From NCBI RefSeq assembly GCF_018350175.1, contig NC_058373.1:109122001-109186000 (forward strand): a stretch of DNA of 64,000 nucleotides, in the 5' to 3' direction. The notes beneath the pieces are model-generated. The model had not been told where the DNA came from. It made no database searches and saw only the letters and a program-made list of their open reading frames with translations. Both the position numbers and the translations under genes were made by a program. The DNA comes from Felis catus (taxonomy: Eukaryota). This document shows, one piece after another, positions 54,386 to 64,000 of this stretch (positions are counted from its first letter, which is position 1; every line of letters begins with the position of its first letter).

Positions 54386-56211
54386 TATTCAGTATATGCA
54401 CATAGCCTATAAGGTAAAGGCATTCTCAAAGAAACTACAGGATGTATACAATGGTAAAATGTATCTATCTGCCAGATTCAGTACATTTTCCCCCCATAAG
54501 TTATTTTATCACTTCCCCACTTTTACTCTGAGCTACTATGAGTAAGTAACAATATTCTTGACTCTTTTTTTTAAACCAAGTCAGAGTTTTGCCCAGGGAA
54601 TGAAAAAAAATGAAAGTTAATTCAGCCTTCTATAAATAAAGGGATGTGAGGCTTTCTCTGACTCTGAGTATAACAACATTAGCATGACTGTATCTCTCCA
54701 GCTGCCTATACAGGGTATGAACAATCTTACTACCTATTAGAATTTCATGTAATGCATAGCAAACACTTCATCAAAGGAAAGGCATTATATCATCGAATGA
54801 ATGTATTCTTTAAGCTTTTTAAGCCAGGGCCAGTATTATCTATCTCCTTCATAATCCTCAAGAATAACTAGATATTCTTCAACAAAGTGTGTCAGTGACA
54901 AAAGTTGCTGGCAAGAATGAAACAATTACAACAATGATAGGGACTCGGTCCCTTGTTTGGTGAAATTATAAAGCTAGTTTGTGTGAGCATAGAGACATTA
55001 AATTTTATGCACAATGTTGACACTTTAAAAAATGGTATTTTAGCCATTTTATAAATATAATGGGCCCCCTTTGCATTGGCCAGTAGTCAGGGCTTGTGAT
55101 CACATGAAGCACACATGTATCAAGTGCTTACTGTGTGTAAACACAATGGTAGGCCCTGTGGGAGATATGGAGATGTGCAATTTTATATACATATTTAAAA
55201 TTTTTAATTTGGTTATAAAACTCTAGGCTTAGGAATGATTATGAATTTTCTCATCTTCCTTAAAACTGCGCTAAATAATGTGTCAGAAATCTGACAAAAT
55301 ATCAACACAGTATGAATCCTGACCATTACATAATTGTACATTTGCAAAACGCACTGAAAGAGTGAATAAGGTCAAAACCGAACAGGTTGACTTTACTTTC
55401 CTACTGAGACTGTTCTACATTAAGGTTAGCCTCATCATCGCTGACTTAACACTGCCCTTGACAACTCTCATTTCTCTCTTCCTTTTAAACAGTGCAACCT
55501 CCTTCACTTTTAGGACACACTGTTCCTCTCCTGGCTCTTGTGTCCTCTCTTATCTAAGGTGCCTGTCCAATTAATCGTTCAAACCAACACCTTTCTGAGA
55601 GGAAAAGAGGGCATTCTTAATGGTTACGTCGGGACAACAGGAATTAGTTGATCTGTTCCAGGTAAATCAGGGACACCATGGGTCACCCCACCTTATTCCA
55701 ATTCCTCTTCCTATGATCCTGTCCCTCATTGTAAGAGATGTGGTTTATAGGCTTCTGATTGCGATTTGCATCAGAACTCACTCCTGGAGGAAGACTGGCC
55801 ATTCATGGGATCAACTAGTATCTGGCCCTGAAAGCTACTTTGCTTACATACCCTACCATCTCATGTTGCAAGTGCCTTTATTTGGATGACTGTACCTCAC
55901 AAGCTGCCTCATGTGGTGCCTAAAAGGAATCATGTCATTCCCTCCAGCCTAGAATATTCCCCAAATCTCTTTTTATAGTCATCGGAATGGGCATAAAGTA
56001 TAAAACCAATGCTCTACAAGGTGAAACCCCTACATTCTTCTTTTGCTGGGACTGTATATGGACTAATTTAGCTGACCCTGAGAGCTTAGAAGGAACAGTA
56101 AATGTTGGAAAAGATATAAGTGAAATGAGAAACCTATGTCTAAAGAAGGCAAAATGACTTATAAGGTGTAAGGAATTTGATTTGATGGAGCAGTCCAGAA
56201 TTTGCAAACTG

Positions 56212-56470
56212 TCATTTTTCAAACACTATACTTCTCTATGACTTTAACAGATGTTGGTCTAAAAAAAAAAAAAAAAAGTTTCTGGATCAAATAAGTTTTC
56301 CATTAGCTCTCTCTCTCTGAGAGTCCCAATTCACATTAGCATATCACAATGCTTATTAACATATCAAAAGCTCTGAGAAGCCTTGCAGTAAAGACACCAT
56401 TTTTCATAGTTGTTTGTTCTTGGAACCCTTTTTATTCATTAAAACCTTACAAACATTTTGCAGATCTCCA
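56212..56470 (+). mobile_element. MER103-like hAT DNA transposon relic
   Basis: gctctgagaagccttgcagtaaaga and tggaaccctttt resemble the MER103C consensus as recalled. Confidence 0.5.
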
Positions 56471-56883
56471 TGGAAAATCATTTTACAATCACTGCAGCAG
56501 GCAGGGGGGAGCAGGTGCAGGCACTGGAGCATACGAGAGACTGTTGCCACAGTCCCAGGATGCTAATGCAGGCCAGCAGTGAGGAACCCATTTTAGCAAA
56601 TCTAAAAACTGGTGGTGCTACATCAACCAGTGTCACAGATGGACATAGAGAAGGAATTAGTTACGAAAGGTAATGCCTACCTATAGGAAAAGCAAGAGAA
56701 GGAGTGCTAGGTGAGACCAAACTTGAATTTGATCAAAAAATAAACCAGGCAGTGGCAGAGAGCAAGGTGAGGGGCTGTATATGTGAGTTGGCAGAGTTTG
56801 TTGGATTTTTAGGCAGACACTGTGTTCCCCTGCCACTGTTTTGTGGGTCTTAAAGTGGAGTTGTCTGAGTCTTTCTCCTTACA

Positions 56884-57115
56884 TTTTTTTAATGTTTGTT
56901 TATCTCAGAGAGGGAGAGACAGAGTACAAGGTAGGGAGGGAGGAGCCGAGAGAAAAAAAGAAAGAGACAGACAGACAGACAGACAGAATCTGAAGCAGGC
57001 TCCAGGCTCTGAACTGTCAGCACAGAGCCTGATGCGGGGCTCAAACTCACAAACCGCAAGATCATGACCTGAGCCGAAGTCAGACGCTTAACTGACTAAG
57101 CTACCCAGGTGCCCC
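56884..57115 (-). mobile_element. Felid CAN-SINE
   Basis: Reverse head ...ctacccaggtgcccc, internal (GACA)n. Confidence 0.93.
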
Positions 57116-59531
57116 TCTAATTGAGTCTGAAGTCAATGTTTGATAAATAAAGAGTAAAATACAATAGTATTTTTTTCAAATATGAAAAATGAATGAATGA
57201 AATTTTTTCATATTTTTTCAAATATGAAAAAGACTCTTGTAGGTTTGGACAGCTTACACTGGAGCGTGAAAGAGACTAAAGACAGGTGAACAAGCTACCA
57301 CATTGGTAGCCATCTCTGTGAAGATGGAAATTATGAGGATCTGAAATAAAGCAAGGGCTAGCATATGAGGAGAGAAATAAACCAACCAAAGACATAAGGA
57401 AGAATCGGCAAGACAGGCTAACTTCACTTAAGCCAGTGGACTCAAACACTTTTATATTCTTGCAGTCTTGGAGGGTCTGGGAAAAGTCTCCCACACCGTG
57501 GCACTCTGTATTCAGTGTGTACAATCTTCCTTTATGTCGAACTGTACCTTCTCAAGTATTTTTTTATAAATTGTTCTAGTTGTGTCTCTTTAGCTTCTCT
57601 ATATAAAGCGTAAATTTTATTATAGACAAAGAAAAACATACCATATTTTCCATGAATTGTGCATTTCCTAGGAGAATCTTGTGCATTGCTTGGAACAATA
57701 AATTAAATGATGTAAAAGGATAACTGATGTTACGCATGCATTGTAAACATGCATTTTATATACGGTAAAGCACCTCCCTGACTTCTTTTAAAGATAAATT
57801 CCCATCCTGTGTTTAAACAAGATTATTTAAAGATTAATCACCAGAGGACAATGATGTATAAGACAATCATATAATCATCCAGTTAAAGGAACAAATCCAT
57901 GTGATGAAATATGAAGACATGAAAATAATCCATCATGAAATAGCAGAATATATTACTCCACTTACAATTCTTGGGAGCAATGATTTGTAGAAACTCTGAG
58001 TATTCTGGTTACAGAAACTTTCCACTGTCAGCCTATTCATTAGTTGCTGGCTGAAAAGCAAAACTTACTAAATTGCCTAAAGGAACGGAGCCAATGCCAA
58101 CCCAGTACGTCAGCAGAAATGACACTGGTTTAGTAGTTTCAAAGGTTTTAATTCTTGATTTGATAAAATTATCCTCATCTTTCTAATTTGCAAGACTGTG
58201 TATCCTATGAAACACAGCATGATATATTACTAAATGTCTTCTCTATCTCCCACATTACTAGGCTTCATTCTTTTCTAATAACACTCGGTACCAAATGTTC
58301 ACCTTTTCAATAAATCATTACTGCCAAGGTCTGACGTATATGGAATAAAGCCATACCAAGTTCACTTTACTGGGCACATCACTGTGGCAGAAATGTCGAC
58401 TATAATAAGCATGTGATGAAAAAGATCTTCAGGGCTCCTGTCAGGTAGTACATAACCTGACAGCGGGTTAAAATTGAACATTTACATGAAGAGGCTGGGT
58501 GACTGAGCCTGACAGCTGTCATTAACAGTGTGAAGAAACAGAAGTATGCCACCTAAGATTTCCCAGCTTTCACAGTTTACAGGTGCTTTCACATTCCCAT
58601 TTAATCCTTGTAACAAACATGGAGTTGGGCATTATTCCCCACTTATGGGTAAGAAATATGTCTCTTCTCCCCATCCATAGCACCACTGCCCCGATTTAGG
58701 TGCTCATCATCTCTCAGCTGAATTACTGCAGTAGCCTCCTGGCTGAAAACCTTGCCCACGAGCATTTTCCAACTATAAGAACTGAGTTTCCGGGGGAACA
58801 GATGAACCTGAAAACTCAGTTGCTTAACAGTAACCACTTTTTGCTTGCAGTTCACAACTGTAGGGTGGATGTGGATTACACAGTTCATTAGGTTGTCACT
58901 AATTTACAGATCTATAATGTGACTCTTGATGAGTGGAATAAATGATTTTTGCAATTGTTGTAGTCATTAGGAAAACTCATGGTTTATCTGAAAATGAGAA
59001 CTATACACAAATCAGAGATTCAAGCACATGTCAATATGTCATACACCCTTGGGCACTCAGTAAAAGTGAGTTGTAACAACTAACTGTCCATTTGGGAAGA
59101 ATGACTGTTTAATGATCTAGTGCTTTGAATTGCGTTAATGGTTGTTTGCAGGCACCTAAGAAATCAGTCACTTATTTTTACTTTTCTGAAAAGGTCTGGA
59201 GTAAAAGAAAATAACACCCCTCAATATTTTCTCCAAATGAAATAATCAGGTAGTAGGGTATAAAAGAAGCTGGAAATGAGAGCAGTACTTAGACTTTGCA
59301 AGTCACATGGAGGGACTATCACCAGTCTGCTGCGGACAGACAGAAAATGATTTCTGTGTATGCATAGTGCTGGTTCATGTTCCAAGGGCTGATCTGGTCC
59401 TAGCTTTTTATTTTTAATCAGGAACCCAGACTTCTAACATAACAGTGTATTTTAGGAGGTTTAATGCCCACCAACCCTTAAGCATGCAGGAGGCCTGAAA
59501 ATAATTTGTATTTAAGACAAATTTGTATTTA

Positions 59532-59755
59532 GTTTTTACTTATGTTTCTAAGATTATTTATTTTGAGATAAAAAGTGCCTGTGCACAAATGGGGGAGGGG
59601 CATAGAGAGAGGGAGAGAGCATCCCAAGCAGGCTCCACACTGTCAGTGCAGAGCCTGATGCAGGGTTAGATCCCACAAACCAAACCATGAGATCATGACC
59701 TGAGCCAAAATCAAGAGTCAAACATTTAACGAACTAATAAGCCATGCAGGTGTCC
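59532..59755 (-). mobile_element. CAN-SINE
   Basis: TSD taagacaaatttgtattta (59513) / taaaacaaatttgtattta (59756). Confidence 0.92.
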
Positions 59756-59786
59756 TAAAACAAATTTGTATTTAAAACAAACTTAA

Positions 59787-59916
59787 GGGTCCCCTTGGTG
59801 GCTCAGTCAGTTGGATGTCCAACTCTTAATTTTGGCTCAGGTCATGATCTCACTCACAGTTCGTGAGATCGAGCCCTGCATTGGCCTACCTGCTGGTAGC
59901 TCAGAGCCTGCTTGGG

Positions 59917-59974
<58 letters not shown>

Positions 59975-60007
59975 AAAAACAAATAAATAAACAAAAAATA
60001 AATAAAA
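59787..60007 (+). mobile_element. CAN-SINE
   Basis: Perfect TSD taaaacaaacttaa (59773, 60008). Confidence 0.92.
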
Positions 60008-60229
60008 TAAAACAAACTTAAAAATCCTCCCATAGAATAAAGAACAAAGCATAGACTAAAGTTTATCTCTTAGAACTTCATTCCTAAAAAAGTGAGGTTT
60101 TTGCTAGAGACTGTGCTTGTGTGTCTGTTACCACAGAAGATTCGAACTTCACAAGGAAGCTCATGATAAAAGCAACTGAGTTTTGTGTGTATAAATGTGC
60201 TTTTTCCTTTTAAATGACTGGTAAGGTTA

Positions 60230-60485
60230 ACAGCATGAGATTTCTGCATTCAGAATCTGAATTCAAATCCCAAAAGCACCCACACCATAGCCTGTAACTT
60301 TGGAACAGTTTTTAATCTTTCTGAGTTTCTGTCTCCTCAGCTAAATAAAAAAAAAATCAATAATAATAATAATAATAATAAACAACCTTGGCCTATATGG
60401 TTTTTGGAGTAATTAAATGACATGAGTCATATAAAATGGTTTACACAGAGTTTGCCACATACAAAGCACTCAATAAAAGGAAGCT
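60230..60485 (+). mobile_element. MIR
   Basis: tctgaattcaaatccc...tctttctgagtttct...aattaaatga...agcactcaataaa. Confidence 0.7.
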
Positions 60486-60515
60486 ATGGCCAAGATATGG
60501 ATATGGATAAGTTCT

Positions 60516-61045
60516 TAAATGTGCATCCATAGATGAATGCATAAAGATCATGTGTGTATATAAACATATATATGGAATGGAAAAGTAGTCATAAGAAAGA
60601 ACACAATCTTGCCATTTGCCACAACAAGGATGGACCTAGAGTGTATTATCCTAAGTGGAGTAAGTCAGACAGAGAAATACAAATACCATATGATTTCACT
60701 TATACGTGGAATCTAAAAAAACAGAACAAATGAATAAACAAATAGAAACGGACCTGTAAATACAGAGAACACACTGATGGTTGCTAGAGGGGAGAGAGGG
60801 AAAATAAGTGAATAGGATAAAGAGATACAAATTTCCAGTTATTAAATAAATAAGTCATGCAGACAAAAAGGACAGCAGAGAGACTACAGTTAATAATGTT
60901 TGTAACCATGTTGTATGCTGGCAGATGGTGACTATATTTATCATGCTGAACATAGCATGAGGTATAGAATTGCTGAATCCCTGTGTGGTATACCTGAAAC
61001 TAATATAACATTGTACATCAACTATACTTCAACTTAAAAAAATTT
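60516..61045 (+). mobile_element. Carnivore L1 3' end
   Basis: atcttgccatttgccacaac...ggacctagagtgtattat...tacctgaaactaatataacattgtacatcaactatacttcaa. Reverse homolog of the 44410 end. Confidence 0.9.
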
Positions 61046-61643
61046 AAGTAAGATATATAGTTCTATAAGCAATATTGAAATCTTGCCAGTTGTCCATACG
61101 TTGTCATATGTGAAAACTTAAATCTGACTTCAATATTATATCGTCTTCTATAAAGGTTTTGGAAGTCAGAAAATACTTTGTAAGCATTTTTTATGGCAAG
61201 AACATGGCTGCAGGTGATCGGCCAAATCTCAAATTCTAAAATTTTAGCAAGATTTCCTTCTATCTGAAATGCATTTTGGATGCACCATTCTTAAAAATAG
61301 ACTATAAAATAACTTTATAAAGCAAGTAACCCTAAGATGACAAAGTATCAAATATGCTTTTCAACTTATTCCTAGATGAAAGGCCAAAAAAAAAAAAAAG
61401 GCTAATTTAGACTAGAAAGGTTTATTTTCTGTAATTCTTATTTCCCACTAAGTTCATCTTCGAACAACTTGAAATTATGGTACATATATTTAGGGAACAT
61501 CAAGTGTCTTCCCAAAAACGAAATCGGGGCTTCTGCTTCCAACAACAATGTAGCAACTGATAAGAGCCATATCCTTCCATTATAAATAATGAGAAAACTG
61601 GACAAAATATATGAAACAAGAGCTTTTTTAAAGTTGGGAAGCA

Positions 61644-61846
61644 GGGCGCCTGGGTGGCTCAGTCAGTTAAGCGTCTGACTTCAGCTCAGGTCATGATCTC
61701 GCGGTCCATGAGTTAGAGCCCCGCATCGGGCTCTGGCCTGATGGCTCAGAGCCTGGAGCCTGCTTCCGATTCTGTGTCTCCCTCTCTCTCTGCCCCTCTC
61801 CCATTCATGCTCTGTCTCTCTCTGTCTCAAAAATAAATAAACATTA
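61644..61846 (+). mobile_element. Young felid CAN-SINE
   Basis: Perfect 14-bp TSD aaagttgggaagca (61630, 61847). Confidence 0.96.
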
Positions 61847-62177
61847 AAAGTTGGGAAGCAAACAGGACATAACTATGTTTTCCTGAGAGGCAGGAAATAA
61901 GATAAGCCCAGCAATTGCCCTGGCTATCTTTCTGGAGGCCACAGAACAAGGATGGGAGGGAAATCAGGTTGATCAAGGTGATCATGCTGAGCTGATGAGA
62001 CTGAGACTGGAATTTGGGAAAGCTATGGAAGCTAAAGTTTTTGTGACAAAGTATCATAAACAAATACGATAAGCAAAGAAAGAGGTTCTAAAAACCTACA
62101 TAGGTCCCCTTGAGTCTTTTTCTGCATACTACAATGTATAGATAGGGTGAACTCCTTGAGGCCAAGCTAGAAATAGC

Positions 62178-62454
62178 TATATATATATATATATATATAT
62201 CTTCTATATATATATATATATCTTCTATATATATATATATATATATCTTCTATATATATATATATATCTTCTATATATATATATCTTCTATATATATATA
62301 TATCTTCTATATATATATATATATATCTTCTATATATATATAAGATATATATATATATATCTTCTATATATATATATCTTCTATATATATATATCTTCTA
62401 TATATATATATATCTTCTATATATATATATATCTTCTATATATATATATATATC

Positions 62455-62494
<40 letters not shown>

Positions 62495-62583
62495 TCCAAC
62501 CAGATATATATATATATCTTCTCTCTCTATATATATATATATATCTTCTATATATATATATATCTTCTATATATATATATATC

Positions 62584-62646
<63 letters not shown>

Positions 62647-62649
62647 TTC
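62178..62649. repeat. ~470-bp AT-rich tandem array, unit (TA)n-TCTTC
   Basis: About 19 TCTTC interruptions separated by variable (TA)n runs. Confidence 0.95.
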
Positions 62650-63369
62650 CAACCAGCCAGAGTGAAGAGACCTCGTTGAATATATAAGATATTCACTAGA
62701 AAACCCGGAAGTCATGTCTTAGGAGTAGGGCTAAACTAGCAAAAGAGTAAAGGCTATTTTAGACTCTACTAACAAAGTTTTAAAAACAAGCCTTAAGAGA
62801 ATAAGTTTATATGCAAATTACTGAGCCATATATCAAAAGAATATTCAAAACCCTTTGAATGAAATCCATCAACAATATAACATTGACAATATCCAACATC
62901 TGATAAAAAATTATTAGATATGTGAGGAAGAAAATGTGACCATAGACATAAAAATAATTAGTCAAAATAAACAGATCAAGAATTAACAGGGCTAAAATTA
63001 GCATACACGGACTTAAAACAGCTTTTATAAATATGCTTAAGGATTTAAATAAAAATATGATTATACAGTAGACAGAAAGAGAAGGTACATAAATAACCAG
63101 ATGAAATTTATAGAGATGAAATATATAAAATCTAGAATAAAAAGTTTACTGAATAAGATTTATAGCAGATTAGATTGTATAAGAATGAAGAACACTGGAA
63201 AGAAAAAAAATATGGGTAAATATAAAGGATATTTTCCCATTTTTAAATTTATTTAAAAGTAAATTGGCCTTAAAGTAAAAACAATTTTATAACATATATA
63301 AAAGTAAAGTATATGATTAGCTATAGCACAAACAGGATAGGATATAAACACATGCTTTGCAAGGTTTTT

Positions 63370-63582
63370 TAAAATTTTTTTAACATTTATTTATTTTTGA
63401 GAGACAGGGATATAGCACAAGTTGGGGATGGACAGGGAGAGAGGGAGACACAGAATCCAAAGTGTCCTCCAGGCTCTGAGTTGTCAGCACAGAGCCTGAG
63501 GCAGGGCTCGAACTCATGAACCATGAGATCATGACCTGAACTGAAGTCAGATGCTTAACTGACTGAGCCACCCAGGCACCCC
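63370..63582 (-). mobile_element. Felid CAN-SINE
   Basis: Reverse head ...gagccacccaggcacccc, flanking aaggttttt repeat. Confidence 0.93.
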
Positions 63583-64000
63583 TATAAGGTTTTTACATTA
63601 TATGTGAAGTGGTACAGCATTGTGTGAAAGTAAAATATGATGATAAACTAAAGGTATATATTTAAGGCCCTAGAACAACTATTAAAAATTAGAACAAAGA
63701 AGTGTAGTGAATAAATCAATAGAGGCAATAAAATTGAATGTGAAAAGTATTCACTAAATATCAAAACAGAAATAAGGGGAAAAAGAAAAACAACAAAAAC
63801 AAATAGCAAAATAATGGACATAGATCCAACCATAGCAACAATACATTAAAAGTAAATAGCCAAAACATTCCAATTAAAAAGTAGAGAATGTCATATTGGA
63901 TAAAAACACAAGATCTAACCATAAGCTATATACTTTTAGTATAAGGATATGAATAGTTTGAAATTTAAAAATGGTCATACATACAGGAAACATAAGAAAG

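Larger units (their letters stand above)
61525..64000 (+). mobile_element. Ancient L1 5' region (5' UTR, deleted ORF1 remnant, inter-ORF, start of ORF2 endonuclease), interrupted by two SINEs and an AT array
   Basis: 5' end gggcttctgcttcc...gaaaactggacaaaatatatgaaacaa. ORF1-like text at 63000-63180. At 63815-63930, caatacattaaaagtaaatag...ccaattaaaaagtagaga...tggataaaaacacaagatctaac resembles the ORF2 N-terminal TLNVNGLN.PIKR..WIK.QDP motif. Confidence 0.7.

Noticed and set aside
57295..57311. Small hairpin gctacca-cat-tggtagc
   Set aside because: A 7-bp stem is expected by chance in 64 kb and is too short for a pre-miRNA.

Overview
This is mammalian genomic DNA, AT-rich and CpG-poor. It is almost certainly from a felid, judged by about 29 tRNA-derived CAN-SINEs that include young cat-type SINEC_Fc-like copies. 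The whole window lies inside the voltage-gated potassium channel gene KCNH5 (Eag2/Kv10.2), transcribed on the minus strand. Two internal coding exons are present: 40615-40814 (200 bp, end of S6 and C-linker) and 2361-2613 (253 bp, start of the cyclic-nucleotide-binding homology domain). They are joined in frame across a 38,001-bp GT-AG intron. The rest is intronic: CAN-SINEs, carnivore and ancient L1 fragments, L2/MIR, MLT1-type LTRs, hAT DNA transposon relics and microsatellites. I found no evidence for a novel gene system, CRISPR array or RNA gene. The most interesting details are repeated retrotransposition into the same target site (twice), a chimeric L1 3' segment, a locally templated ~150-bp insertion in an LTR, a large (TA)n-TCTTC array apparently born from its own flank, a TGACAG (MEIS/TGIF) motif cluster, and a frame-closed exon pair flanked by inverted SINEs. 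Repeat subfamily names come from memory of consensus sequences, and old-repeat boundaries are approximate.
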